64,000 bases of DNA from Protoeuglena noctilucae. Taxonomy: Eukaryota. The notes beneath the pieces were generated by a model. It was not told the origin of the DNA and did not search any database. It worked only from the letters and a program-made list of their open reading frames with translations. How positions within the stretch are numbered: the first letter of the stretch is position 1; every line of letters starts with the position of its first letter. The stretch spans positions 248,001 to 312,000 of the forward strand of contig OY253682.1 in assembly GCA_958009085.1 (NCBI GenBank), given 5' to 3'. Shown one piece after another: positions 1 to 13,435 of the stretch. The position numbers were made by a program, and so were the translations under genes.

Positions 1-3000
1 TCACCCATCACCCCATCCACAGCCACTCACGTGCTCATCCCCGCCTCCCCACCCACCCCCGCCTGCTCCCCGCCCGCCACTGCTGCCCCCGCCCCGCCAG
101 CCGCCCCGCCCGCAACTGCAGCCCCACCGCCCCCCGCCACCAACCCGTAGCTCGCCCGCAGCCCCGCCAGCAGCGTCCCCAGCCTCCTTGCCGACGACTC
201 GGTCACCAGGCGCGGGTGCCTGCGAATCCACGCGTCGATTTCCGACAGCGACGGGCGGGTGTTGGAGCAGTGCAGCACGCGAGCGTGGACCGGGTGGGTG
301 GAGTCCGGACCGATGCACTCAATGTCGAAATCGGAAGCCTTGGAACGGGCATCGCTGGATGGTCGGCGCGAGGGGTGCGTTTCGATCCGCGTCAGCTGCA
401 GGAAATCGTAAGCGCCCCCGGAGCGGTGCTTGGCGCGGACTGCGGGGGGTGAGAGGGAGGGGTCGCAGCTGAGGGCATCAGGGAAGCAGGTTGGGGAGGC
501 ACGGGCGCAATGCTGAGAGAAGCAGATGTGACAACATGGGCTCGGCACCGATGGAAATCTGTAATAGCATATCTGTGACAGCATATCGATGTGCGGGTGC
601 AGAGACCGACCGTGAGCGGCGTCCTCTTTCCTCACCGAACAGGTCCCGCATCATGCGCGCGACGTGGCGCAGCTCGCTTGATCCCTCGGCTGCGGCGTTC
701 TCGAGCATCGTCGTCATTTCCTGCCGCGAGACCCACAGGAGGTCGATGGCGGCAGCCAGGGGAGGGTAGTGCTGGGGCGGGCGGTACCGAGGATTGGCCG
801 CGTCTGCGGATGCATTGAATGTTGCGAATTGTCATGTGCATTCGACAGAGCTCCCGCGTAACTGCGAAAACGCTGCAAACAACTGCTAGCGCCACTGGTC
901 GTCCGATCGTGACACTCGCCTGCAGGAGCCTCTGTCGAGCGTTCCGGAAGCGGCAGCGATGACGGCAGAGCGCGAGAAAGCTGCAGGTAGAAGCAAGGCA
1001 AAGAGCGCTTGATCATTGCACACAAATTGCGGCTTTCCTGCGAGCGCACAAAGCACGCCTGCTGTCCACATCTGTAAAACAGACGCAGTGGCAACACAGA
1101 GAGCGCCCTACCTTACCCAAATCCCCGGCGGTCGGCGTCGGGGGCTGGTTTAACGCTGCCGTCCTGTGCAGCCCCGCCCCTGCCGTTGCCACCCCCAACA
1201 CCGCGCTTGGCACTGGCTGCGCGTAGCCAGGAGCCCCAGCTACCAACCCCGATGCCTGTAAGGCCTGCATCATCGGCCAGCTCTGCAAGCTCTGCAGCGG
1301 CGCCGTGAGGCCCTGGCAGGGCGCAGGGCCAGGCATGACACCTGGCCCTGATGAAAGCCCCAGCATGCCGACCGAGGTCGCTGCGCCCATGCCTGCCGCG
1401 CCTAATGCACTCATGCCAGCCGCGCCTGGTGCACCCATGCCGGCCGCGCTCGGCGTCGCCAGCCCGCCCCCTGCGACCCCCCCGCTAACTGCCACTGCAT
1501 GCGTGCCAGCCCTGCCGCCCCGTGAGGCCGGTCGCCCGTTGCCCCGCCCCCTTCCCCGCCCCTTGGCTTGGTCCCTTCGACGAAAAAGTCTTTTCGCCCT
1601 CTCCCTCTCCTCCTCCCTCTGCTGCTCCCCCAGCCAATCCTCCTCATCCTCTCGATCGTTGTCATACAAACGCTCGATCCTCTCTCGCTCCGCCCCCTCG
1701 ACGTGCCCATGCTCGGCACGCTCGTCCCGATGGCTGCGCAAAAGGTGCGGTGATGTGTGGGGCTGCTGTCGGGGTAAGCATATAGGTGACCCAAACCGAC
1801 AACTGCGCTGCGCGATGCATGACACGCCCACCACAGTGATGACATAGTCACCGTCATTGCCATGCTGTGGCCATCAACCCAGCCCTCCCACACACCTGTC
1901 CGTCCGATTCCCTCCTCCCTCGCCCGCACCCAGCTTGGCCTCTCCCGCGCCACCCCCCGCTCTCTCGCCGGCCCCGCCCGCAGGCCATCGCCCGTCCCGA
2001 TCAGCCTCCGCCTCGCGGCCCTCGCCTGGACCCCCTCGCGGTGCTGGCGAAGGGCTCCGCCCCCGCCCAGACTCATCAAGCATAGGCACAAAGTGGGACT
2101 CCCTGACAGACGCAGGCGCGGCCTGATGCGTGCGGACAGTGCCGGGGGAACGGCGGGGCGGGGGTGGCACCCACACTGGCGGGCGGCGATCCATGCGGTC
2201 GCGATCGTGCGGTCGGGACGCCCACCCCCCGCCCCCTGCATCCCCGCGTCTCTGCTCCACCATCTCTGCTTCCTCCGCTCGGCCCTCAAACACGAGCCAG
2301 TCATGGAAGCGGTCGCGCCAGCCCGGAGAGGGGCCGGGGTCGTCCCCGGTGTTGTCTCCTGGCGCGTGCGGTGGTGGAGTCTGTGCAAGGGCGGGCACCT
2401 CATCAACCCTGCTGTCGTGTTCCCGCCACGTCAAGGACGCGTGGGCGGGCACCTCGTTGGCCCAGCTGTCGTGGTCCCGCCACGTCAGGCTCTCGGCAGG
2501 CGCCGGGTGCGTGCGGGCAGCGGGAGAGCGAGAGCGGGAGCGCCAGGATGGGAGGTGGTCCGCAGTGGGGGACGGGGAGCGGGAGCGCCAGGAATGTCCG
2601 GGCCCGGAATGCTCGAGGCGGCGGGCGGCGGCTTTGCTTCGCTCTTCGTCCTGCAAGCGGGGCAGGGAAGGGGAAGATGAGCGAGGGATGAGCGAGGGAT
2701 GGGCGGGGTGGCAGCGGCAACGACGAGCACGGCGTCGCATGCTGATGAGGGGCGACGTGCGGGCTGCAATTTGGCAGTGACGCTCTCACAGAGGTAAGCA
2801 TCAACGCAGTGCTTGCTCAGAGCGCACCCAACAAGCCCAGACACGCAGCAGGGCAGGCTCACCTGGGCCAGCACACGCCCTGTCCCCGAGACGGGAGCGC
2901 CGCGGCCGCGAATGCGCGTCCCTTCCTTTTGTTCCGCAGCTACGTCTTCATTCCTGCGCGCCACAGGAGACGCAAATCGCATATAATCAATGGCTGCACG

Positions 3001-3930
3001 GCGCGGCAAGCCGGCTGCTCTCGTGCGGGCAAGCTGCACTCGCCTGGGGCTTCCCAAGGACGTCCGGGTCCGGCTGTCGTCATCCAAGCGATCGTCGTGC
3101 GCTCTGCGCCGAGGCGTGTCGCGGCGAGCGGGCGCATGTTCGGCACAAGCGGTGGGCGCCCGTCGCAAACAGGATGCTCAGGGGTCATGCCTCGACTGTG
3201 GCATCTCCACATCGTGTAATCAGGCAACAATCTACCTAAAAGCACGGAAAACGGGTCAGCCTACGCCGCCGTTTCGGCGAGCAGGCGCCGTGGTGTTCGG
3301 CGGGCAACGCCGGCCCGAAAACCCTCATTCTTGGGGAAACTCGCACGGCCCACGCACTGTCGATACACAAACAGTAAGTGTAGGTGCAGGTGCGAGTCGG
3401 AGAAAGGAGCAGCGACCGTTTAACCCATCCAGGAGCCCCACGGTCTTGTCGAGAGTGGAATGTGCCTGGGCATCTCCGATGGAATCCCTGTGACAACGCT
3501 CTCCGCGTCCTCACCTCTCAACCATCGCGGCCGAGTCCCGTCGCGCTGCGTCGAGGAGTGCAGAACGAAGTGATGTGGGAGACGGCAGCCCAGGCGTGAA
3601 TAGCCTCCCTGGCAAGGGCTCACGACCCACTGGACGAACGGAACTCAATGCGTAGGCCGTGAACCCAAAGCGCTTTCGACAGGAGCGCTGCAAAGCCCGA
3701 CGGATCAGTCGCTGGCGTGTCGTGTTGCAGGCAAAACTCCGCGCGGGACGCCGTGACTGCATATTTCTGTGCACCCTTGCGTAGCATTGGAGCGTCCAGA
3801 CCTGGCCCATCCCTCTTTGGATTCCACGGACGTGGCATTGAGGCATTGGGTCGCGACGCAAAGCACAGCCGGACCCCTGGCGAACATCGTTCCAGTCCTT
3901 CGCGCTGACAGGCTCCTGACTCGCAACCAT
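1..3930 (-). CDS. Hypothetical multi-exon protein with RS-rich and Gly/Ala-rich low-complexity regions; 3' end runs off the window
   Basis: A chain of minus-strand exon-like segments with plausible splice sites: MVASQEP from ATG 3930, ~2950-2864 (NEDVAAEQK...VLAQ|GTGAG), ~2651-1897 (DEERSK...WRSRSPSP...), ~1730-1115 and ~450-60. No recognisable domain; may be more than one gene. Confidence 0.35.
2389..2487. repeat. 54-bp tandem duplication (about 2 copies) within coding sequence
   Basis: gggcgggcacctc...gctgtcgtg..cccgccacgtca starts at 2389 and again at 2443; on the minus strand it encodes SLTWR(D/E)HDS...EVPA twice. Confidence 0.85.
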
Positions 3931-4001
3931 GGCTCGACCGATGCCCGATTCCGCAGGCCCAGCGGGAGCGGTGGTGGATTTGGGAGCGAGGTGACTCTTT
4001 G

Positions 4002-5517
4002 ATGGTCTACTCGCGTGCCCGCGCGATGGGAGGGAGCCTGTTGTTGCGCAACGTGATCTCCATCGCTATAAGTTGCATGTTGCAATGTATCATTACAAGC
4101 GGATGCCTGGAAGGGAAGTTGCGGGGCTGTCCGCTCGCAGGTGCTCAATGGAGGAGAGCGCGAAGGTCCGATGGGTCATCCAGGAGTACCTATGGCCGAA
4201 AGTGAGGGCTAATACTATGTCGCCCATGTCGGGTCGCCCAACTTGCCCACGGCGGCCTTCCACGTCCCGAAATGGGGGTCGCATCGCTTCATCGCTCCTG
4301 CCCTCCGCAGATCGAGACGCTGGGGTACTCGCTCCCGCCCCAGTGCCCGATTAACATCAAGTAAGTGGCTTCCCTGGTTGGCTAGCGCTCCAGCTTGCGA
4401 CGGGGGCACCGCAGGGCTTGTTGAGCCGTGTTTCCCCTCCCTTCTGCGCTGCGCAGGGCTGACCAGCACAGCCGCATCGTGGAGGCGAAAGCTCAAATGA
4501 CGCGCCAGTCGTGGCGGTGCACGGTGTGCGGGAAAATGTTCAAGGGGGAGCACTACCTCGACAAGCACCTGACCAACCGGTGAGGTGCTTGTCGAGGGCC
4601 ACAGCGATGTGCACGGCAAGCTACCTCAATCTCATGGCCGTTGCCATGAAGGCCTTGGTCGCGCGCGCTCGCAGGCACCCCGAGCTGTACACGGAGGTCT
4701 CGGACCGCCCGTGCCTGGCGGACCACTGCCACGTGCTGCACTGCGACCACGCGCATGGAGACCCGGACGACGGCCGCGTCTTCTCATGGCTGCCGTCCGC
4801 GACGTGCAATCGATTGGATATGGAGGCGAGTCCGCAGCCCCATGCCGGGACTATGCATAGATGGAGACGCGGGTAGTCGATGGTCGGGCCGCGCAGGGCG
4901 GTCAATCGACTGCGACAGTGTCGACGCTTTGGCGCCCGCAGATGCGCTACGCGGCGTGCATGGGCGTGGCGGACCAGTGCTTCCCCCCGAGTGCGACGGA
5001 CCGCCACACGGCGCACCTCCGGTCCTACTTCCTGGTCCAGTTCTGCAAGCCCCACACGTGCGAGCGCGCCCACCAGCGCCCGTTCTCCCTCGGTCCCCTC
5101 ATCGGCGACTCCAAGTGGGGCTGGCTCGTCGCATCCGTCGTCGTGCTCACCATGCTCGCCTTCTTCTATGCCATCACGGGGTGAGGATCGGGGATATGCA
5201 CGATGCAACAGGCGCATGCACGCACCACGCATTGCCACTGCCGTTGCCGCTGGCCTCAGCCTCCCCCGCGGCCCCACAGACGTCGGAGGCTATCGGACAT
5301 GTGCCTGTCTTTCATTCAGACCATTTCAGTGCCTCTCATATGCGACGAGCACGGGTCAGGCTTGCAAAGTCGACCGTCTCTGGCACGCAGGTTCTGGCTG
5401 TGGGAGCGTGCCAGCGCCAACAAGGGCGATCTGAGGCGGCTGAAGCGGCCGGAGGGAAGCCAGGGGTGGCTCAGCTGGGTGCCCTTCACGAGCAAGAGCA
5501 AGAGCAAGGCGTACTGA
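4002..5517 (+). CDS. C2H2 zinc-finger, Cys-rich single-pass membrane protein (plant/algal C2H2-like family)
   Basis: Spliced exons give CSMEESAKVRWVIQEYLWP..., WRCTVCGKMFKGEHYLDKHLTNRH (C2H2), CLADHCHVLHCD, CMGVADQCFP...FLVQFCKPHTC, a TM segment WLVASVVVLTMLAFFYAI and a basic tail ending at TGA 5517. The start codon is uncertain (4002 or 4026). Confidence 0.8.
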
Positions 5518-5587
5518 GTCGCACTGAGCGTCCTTAGCCCCGCGACTGGATGAACACACACAGACATTCGCATCAAAGCATCTCGTC

Positions 5588-7245
5588 CTAGCCGCGTCCC
5601 CCCCGGCCTCGCTTCGCCCGATCTCCGCCCCACCCGCCGCCCTGCACGCGCCCCGTCCCAGCGCCCGCATCATTACCTGGGCGGTCCCCCTCTGCCCTGC
5701 CCCTGGGCCCCTGACCCTCACGACCCCCACCGGCCCACCCACCACCACCGCCGCCGCCACGCCCGCGACCGCCGCCTCGACCGCCCCCGCCCCCACCGCC
5801 ACGCCCACGCCCACGCCCATCCCCACGCCCGCCCCCGCCCCCGCCCCCACCGCCACCGGCGGAGCGAGGCGCCCACGCGGGCATGTTAGCCTCCCTCTCC
5901 CGCCCTTCCGGTCGCCCTCCCCGGTCCGGCACGTCGCCGATCACGACGCCCTTGTGAGCCGCGCGAAAGGTGTTGCTGCCGCTGTTGACGCTGGCGGCAA
6001 GCGGGGCCAGGACGGCCACGGTGGCGACCCTGGCCTGGGCGAGCGTCACGCCCGGCTCCTCCCGCAGCCTCGCCCGCGCGGCCTCCACGGCGGCGCGGAG
6101 CTCGTCCGCGTTCCCGCGCTCCTGCGCCACGGGCGATGCCAGGAACGACTCGAGCGTCACCCGCGCCCGCTCCACCAGCATGGCGCGGCGGAGGCGGTAC
6201 TCGTCCCGGAGCGCCTCGAAGACCTCCGTGAGGGCGCGCCACTGGTCCTCGGCCAGGTGGGCGAGGAGCTGCACAGCGCCTTGAGACGTGAACTCATCAG
6301 GCGCGGGCGCCAAAGTCGCCTCGGCACGCTTCAGCAGGTCCAAAGGGGGCGTGGAGGGGTCGACCTCCGCGGAGACGGCCAGTGCTGCGGGAGATGCGAA
6401 TATTGTGCGAATGGGTCGGGGCTGGTGGATTTGAGAAGGCCGGTTCGGGCGAATGTGAGACACAAAGCGTACTTACCTGCCAATTCCTTGGCTAGCGCGA
6501 CGTACGCACTGTCATGTAAGCCCTTGTCGTCGCTCCTGCTGAATCCGGCGCCCGCGTCTTTGCGCCCACGCAGGGCCACCAGCATCGTCGCTTGGAGCAC
6601 GGCAGTGACCGTCTCCAGGTCCTCCAGGCGCGACCCGGGCGAGGCGTCAGGCTTGGAAGCGAGCGCGAGGGCGTGGAGCGCTTGATTGAGTGGAGCAGCG
6701 TCCGATGGGGCGCCGCTGTCGCACGACGCGAGCACTGCGAGCGGCGGCCATTGCTGTCGGTCACGATCTCCGCCGTCAGGCGAAGCGAACCAGGGGCATG
6801 GAAGATTAGTGAGGCGACAAGTAGTCGAAAAGAGCCCTAGGCCGAGCTGCCGGCGTCTGCTGCGCGGGATCGCGGCCAGTGTGTCCTGCGAGCTGATGGC
6901 AGGCCTCTCACCTCTCTGGGCCGCTGCCTTCACTTCGCCCTTCGCTACCTGGCAGAGGATGGTGGATATTTGCGAGCAGAGGCTGCGGAAGTTGGTGGAC
7001 GTGCTCGAGGAGGACAGGAACACGGACGTGTCCACTTGGCATTCGATGCTGCGGGCGCAACGCGGGAGCCGGGGAGTGTGCACAGTCACGAGAATGCGGT
7101 TCAAGGACAGATTGGGCTGAAGCCATCGCAGTTGTCCCAGCGCTAATCTGGCCGCGTGCTCTTCCGGCGTGGGCAGCCGCAGGTCGCACCCGCAGGTTTT
7201 CAAGCGCTCCATGGCGTCAAACGCCCTGTCTTCCACGTCGTCCAT
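5588..7245 (-). CDS. FAM98: FAM98 family protein with C-terminal RGG-rich tail
   Basis: LRDEYRLRRAMLVERARVTLESF and KGVVIGDVPDRGGRP...MPAW followed by RGG/G repeats are hallmark FAM98A/B motifs. Multi-exon; ATG 7245, TAG 5588. Confidence 0.88.
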
Positions 7246-7605
7246 CCTGCCGAGTCACTGCGTCCCCTGTCCAGGCGCCGCCCGATGGTGAAAGCGGTGA
7301 AGGCAGATGCGTTTGCGCAGGATCACCCTGCACGACTCAAGACGCGCCGAACGGCACAGATGACCAGCAAACTTGCATCTATCGGCTCATGCTGGCTCTT
7401 TCACGGTCCAGTCAGCCAGGGGTCCCTCTGGCAGTTCACAGCGTGCAAGAATCACGAGCGCAGGCCACGCAGGGCCTACGCAGCTGCCTAGGCACGCGGC
7501 CTCCGCTGTGGCCGACGGCTGCGCTATGCCCGCCACGCGCTGCCCCTCCCAGCAGCAACAGCACCACCCGCGCCCGGCCTGCCGTCAGAAAACGCTCGGC
7601 AGGTG

Positions 7606-10600
7606 TCACCGCAGCGAAAAGGGCGCAAACTCCAGCGTTCGGTACTGCTCCGCGCTGGCAAGGAGCCACTCGGCCCGGACCAGGGGCGTCCCCCGTCGCA
7701 GTCCCTGGGGCAGGTGGCGCGGCTCCAGCCCCTCGCCCTCCGCCACGCCCACCATGCAGACGTCGCACGTCCACGCTCCCACGTTCTTGGCCCCCAGAGC
7801 GCCCACCAAGCGCCGCAGGGACCGCGCGTTCGTCGCCAGCTGGTCCTCTGCAAGGGCGGCGAAGTTTAAGAAGTGTAAGAAAAGGCAAAAACAGCGCAGG
7901 GCAGGACAATGCAAAGACAATGGCACTCGGCGCAGCTCTGTGCAGAGCCCTGCCACGTGCGCAAGACCCTCGACGCGGCTTCCACATCTCGCGAGCTCAC
8001 CTGCGCGGCCAGGCTTGACGTGCACGTGCACTTTGCGTCCCCGCAGCAGCGCGCCGGGCCCCGCGGCCCGTGCCCGGTCAGCCGCGGCCGCGTGGTCGGT
8101 GCGGACCTCGAAAGGGCCCTCCGCGAGCCACCGCCCCTCCTCCAAGCACGCGCTCAGCCAGGAGGGGCTCATCAGGCGCGCCCCGTTCGCGATGGCCAGC
8201 TGCGGGCGAACAGCGATGCGCGATTCATGTCAACAGGCAGTTCCGGTGCCGGACACTGCCGTCACCACGACTACCATTACTACTCATTAAACTCCCCAAG
8301 ATCCTTCCATCCACGCCCCGCCTCGACTCACCAGGGTTTTGAGGGACCTGCGACCCGGCATGCCTACGACCAGGTGCGTGACGGTCCCCTCCTCCTTCCC
8401 ATCTGTGCAGAGACGCAGGTGCCTCAGCTCGTTGCACGCCCGCCGCGCCAGCCCCACGATGCCGTCCTCGCACCCCGTCAGGGCCACGAAACCGGTCCGA
8501 GGGGCCTCCCCGCACATCGACGCCATCGCGCGCGCCCGCTGCAACGCCCGCAGCGTCGTGTCGTCCTCCTGCAGGGACACGCGACGAGGGCCATACCCAG
8601 TTCAGTTCAGATCCACTGGGAAATAGAAGCAGAGCTAGACGACGCGCGAGTGCATCGCCGAGACTCGACGCCTGGGACGGTGCGTATCGGCCACTCCACC
8701 GCAGTCTGCCATTGCAAGGGCGCGTCGCACCTGCTGGGTGTCCCACGGTCGCCGCACCGTCCAGGGCGACGGCACGTCCGGCTCTGCCCGGAACCCCGCG
8801 GCCCGCGCCCGGTGCGCGAGGCCCGGCACCTCCGCCGCCGCCGCCAGCCGCGCGCCCCACTCGGGCGTCACGAGCGACACCCCCTTGGCCGCCGCCTCCG
8901 CCCCGTCTCGCTCCTCGTCCTCGGCGACGGTCCGCGCCACTGCCGCCCCGCGCCGCCGACCCCGCGCCGCCCGGCCCCGCCCCGACGCCGCCGCTCCGTT
9001 CCCGCCACGCCGGACCACGCCGGCCTCCGCGTCCGAGTCACCCTGACCGTCTCCCGCATCCTCGTCTGCTGCCTCCGCGCCGTCGCTCGCCGGCGCGCTG
9101 TCCGCAGCCACCCCGCGCCTCGCCCCCGGTCCCCGCTTGAGCTCAGCCGGGCGCACCACGCACACGTCAGAGTCAGAGTCGGACCCCGCGTCGGCAGCCG
9201 CGGGCCGCGTGGGGTTGAGGCGCGCGCTCCGCCGAGGCCCACTCGCCGCCGCTCCCGCCGCGGCCCTCGCCCGCATGGCCGCCTTCCTGCGGGGCCGGCC
9301 CACGCGCGCATCCTCCCGAACCTCGTGAACCTCCTCGTCGCTGCCGTCGCTCACCACCGGCGACGCCGACGCGCGGCGCTTGGCGCGAGCACCCGCCCGC
9401 GCGCCCTGCGGGCCCGCCACCCCCGCTCCGTCCACAGCGCCCGCCCCGTCCAATTCCTGCGCCAGCTCGTCCGCCAACTCCCGGCGCGCGCTGCGCTGGG
9501 AGCGGTCCGGCGCGGCATGCCGCGCGGCCCGTCCGCTCGGGCCCTGCGTGCCAGAGCACCAGAAAGGGGCGGCAGTTGAAGAATGAGTGAGGCAGCAGGA
9601 TAGGCACAGGTCGCTGAAACAAGCAGGCAGCCGAGCGTTCCGAGAGCGCATCGACGATGGCTTTAACCCCCCACTCAAACGACAGGTCCAGCGTGCACTA
9701 AGCCCAGGCCAGGCTCACCTCCGCCAGCCCCTCTGCACGTCCCCCAGCCTCGTCCCGCACACGCTCCAAGGCCTTCTTCCCAGCGCTGCGGAAACGAAGA
9801 CTGAGGAACCGGATTAGCAGCGTGCACACATGCACACCCGGCAGGCGACGCGACCAGGTCACGTCGCCCACGCCTTTCTACGCTCGCATGCTTCTCTGCG
9901 CAAACGGAGCCCTTCCAGGTCACAACCCTTCCTCACCTCCTCGACGGGCAGCACCGCTCGGGGGTCGCCACGCGCGTGACGCCCGGGATGGGGATGACCC
10001 CAGGCTCGCCGGGCGCCGCAATCTGCCCCGTCTCCTGCAACCACAGGCGTGCGGGGTGATGCGATTAGCACGGTTGCTCCTGCACACGCAACGGAGCAGC
10101 CGACAACAACCACGCGCATTCCCCAGTCGCGAAAACCACTCGCGCACCTGCTTGATGCGCCCCCCCAGCACCAGGGGCGACTTGAAGCGCCTCGAGGTGC
10201 GCAGGCTGGTCCGAGGGGACGCCGGGGTGGCGGCGGAACCGAAGGGCCTGATGGGTGTAGGCCCCACGTCCACCGCCCCGTCGGGCTTAAGCGTCACGTC
10301 GTCGCCCACGCTGGACGAGGGCCGCCCCGAGCCGCGCCTGGAGGTGCGAGGGAGATGCGAGGAGTCAGTTCCCTCATCAACCCTGCGATCGCGCGCCAGC
10401 TAGCACATAGCACAGGCGGGCAGCAGGCGCGCGCACCGGGAGGGGACTGTGGCGTCCCGAACGCTCCCGTGGACCCACGAGGCGGGCGTGTCGACCGACC
10501 CGGAGCCGTGGCTGCACGGGCTCGCGCCGTTCGCGTCCGGCGTCGCGGCGGTGCGCGGCTCGACGCGGACGGGAGGCGGGGGCTGCCGCGACAGCAGCCC

Positions 10601-11631
10601 CGGCGTGCGCCCGTGGGTGGAGGGGCTGGAGCTGGGGGCGTCCGCGCGCCGCCGCGCGAAGGAGCAGAACTCGGGCGACGAGAGGTCGAAGCTCAGTAGC
10701 TGGCTGAGGTCGCTGCGGGGAGCACGGCAATCCTCGACCCGCCGGCGCTTACGGCTCGACGCCGTGCCCCCGGCGCCGGTGCCCGCCGGCCGGCGCGTCG
10801 GCGGCGTAGGATGCCGGCCCGAGTCGGAGCTCCGCGGGTTCGGCGTGGCTGCGTGGATCGGGGTCGATAGGTGTCGGGGGCGGGCATTGGGCCAACCGGC
10901 ACGTTCGACACGCACAGGCCGCGACCAGCCCGCACCTGTGGAGCGCCGCCTGCCGTCCTTCGGAATCGCAAATTGCTTCTCTACGGCCTTGACGCCTCGC
11001 GTCTCCGATTGCGCGATCCATTGGGGCGACTGCGGACGGGCCGTGCAGGTGGGTGAGCGCGACGCGGACGCAGGTCGCGCGAAGTGGACGCATCCAAACC
11101 CGCGCCGCGATGCCATGAAACACCAGAGATCCTCGCGCGGCCCACCGGGCCTAAGGGGCGGGCGCCGGGCCCCCGCGAGCGCTCACCACCAGGACCGCAG
11201 GCGAGTGCAGCGATAGCGCCCGGCTCCAAAGCGATCGAATGTGCTCCTCTTCTTGGGCCCGATCTTCCTCGCTCGGATTGTGCGTCCTGCGCGCAGATCG
11301 GCGGCGCGTGGCCTTGGTGTGGCAGCGCAAGCTCCACACACGACCCTGCGCGCTCAGCGCGCGGCTACCGCGGGGACGTGCAAATTGAAAGAAATTGCAA
11401 TGCGATTGGCAGACGCGGGCAGGCGTCCGCGAGGACAGGGGAGCGGGGGCTGGGCACGCACCGGAGAACGACGACGTGCGTGACGGCCTTGCAGAAGCGG
11501 CCGACAACGTTCGCGCCGAGGCTCGCGAGCTTGCTGCGAAGGGCGTTCTGCTGTCCCGTCCCCACGAGGGCCCCCGTCACGAGGGCTGTCACCCCGTGGA
11601 GCGGCCCAGGTGCCCGGCTCGTCGCGACCAT
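7606..11631 (-). CDS. MCPH1: Microcephalin-like protein (N-terminal BRCT, long disordered linker, tandem C-terminal BRCTs)
   Basis: N-terminal BRCT: LASLGANVVGRFCKAVTHVVV...SPQWIAQS. C-terminal pair: VTHLVVG..RRSLKTL / LAIANGARLMSPSWLSACLEEGRWLAEGPFE and LRRLVGALGA...VRAEWLLASAEQY. Architecture matches MCPH1. Confidence 0.72.
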
Positions 11632-12028
11632 CGGCCCAGCGCCCCCAGCGACAGCTCCGGAAGAGCGCCCTGCGTTACATGCGATCGACAGTCATCAGCA
11701 GGAGCGCCCCGGGGCAACGCGGGGGCAGGCCGTGGCTCGCACACAACCCACGGGGCTTGGGGCTGTCCCCGCCACGCGCAGCGGGCCGTGGAGCCGCGGA
11801 GGCGCACCTCCGAATCCCGGACGGGACGGATGAGTAGGGAGGGCGACGCAGAGGGCTTTTCCCCGGCCCGGAGCGGTGGCCGTTGGCCCCTTCACAGACC
11901 GAGCGATCGCGGGAGTCGCGCGCCCTCCTCGGTTCTTCGATTCATGAAAGATTTGCCGCGAGCAAGTCCGCCCGACGGGAGGAACGCCGGAGCGCGCCCG
12001 GAAGTTTCTGACGCAAGAAACGGGGGAT

Positions 12029-13168
12029 TCACGGGATTTTGCTAGGGTCCCAGCAATAGTGGTGCCCGTCGCTGAGACCGTCCAGCGCGGCCATCGTGCC
12101 CGCGGCGAGCTCCCACCCCAGCAACGCGGGCTCCGCCGCGTCCCTGATGCGCTCGGGATGGACGGACTTTGGCAGGACGGCCAGGCCGCTCTGGAGGCCC
12201 CACTTGAGGAGCAGTTGGGCGGGCGTCCGGCCCTCCGCTCGGGCGAGGCTCGTCACGAGGGGTTCCGCAAGGAGCTTCCCGCAACCGAGGCTGGAGTAGG
12301 CGACCGGGACGACGCCCAGCTCGTGGCAGACGGCCCTCAGCTCCCTTTGCGGCAGCCGCGGGTGGCACTCGAACTGGTTGCATGCCGGGCGGATCCGCGC
12401 CAGCGGCAACAGCTCCCGCAGGTGGCGCTCTTCGTAGTTGCTCACCCCTGCAGGCGCGGCTGACGCCAGGCGAGTGAACCCACGGAACAGCTGGTCCGTC
12501 GCTTCATGCACGCGGCCGGCTACTCGTAAGCGCGCACCGCGCAGCGAACGCACCTATTGCCCGCACCCGGCCCTGGTCGACCGCCCTCTCGAGCACGCGC
12601 CAGGTCTCGAGGCGCATGGCCGGCACCTTGGGGTCCTTCGGGTCCAGTCTGGCCACCCTGCGCGCCGAAGACGCACAGCGGCGTCACACGGGCCCACTAG
12701 CAGGGTCCGCAGCTTGCCGAGACGGAGCGGGCCTCGCGCACTCGCCCCGGCCAGTGGATGAGCAGGAGGTCGACATAATCGAGGCCGAGGCGCTCCAAGA
12801 TGTCGTCCACCGCCGCCTCTGCAGCCGCTGTGCCTTGCTCGTAGGGAGATATCTTGCTCGTGACAAACACCTCGCTGCGGGGCAATCCGCTCTCCCTTAT
12901 CGCCGCCCCCACCTCCTCCTGGTTCTTGTATATGCTTGCCGTGTCAATGTGACGCGTGCCGGCTCGCAAGGCCGCCAGGACCTGCAGCAGCGCCGGGGCG
13001 AAGTCGCGTCACTGTCCGGGTTGGCGCTGATGCGGCAGGCGCAATGGGTGGCCCCGTCACGTCACGCACCGCGGCTCGACACTCGGCACCGGCCATCTGA
13101 TACGTCCCGAATCCCACGCGGGGCATGGAGACCCCGGGAGCGAGGTCGAAGCAACGATCGTCGGCCAT
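12029..13168 (-). CDS. Aldo/keto reductase
   Basis: MPRVGFGTYQ, RHIDTASIYKNQEEVG, VFVTSKI, DYVDLLLIHWPG, GVSNY, NQFECHP, AYSSLG, VLPKSVHPERI; catalytic D/Y/K/H residues present. Confidence 0.95.
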
Positions 13169-13435
13169 CTTTGGACGCCCGCCGAGGCTTCAGCCCCGCA
13201 GGAGTGCTATCCGTGCCACATACGTTCGTCCGGGATGTGACGGACGCCTCCGCGGCCGCTCCTGGTGATCGTAGAAAGTCTGCGCGTCGCCAGGAACGTG
13301 TGCGTAGGAACGCAGGGTTGATAGGCCCCGTCCGGACCCCCGCGCACTCCAACTACCCTTACGGACAACCGCTCGATCCGTCGGACTCATGCTTTGATCC
13401 CATCGCCCAGCGGTGCCTGCAAGCGGGGCCGTGCG

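Noticed and set aside
7909..9579. Long ORFs such as 7909-9579(+), 26046-27335(-) and 27193-28524(-)
   Set aside because: Antisense shadows of real genes in very GC-rich DNA; Arg/Pro-rich with no domain motifs.
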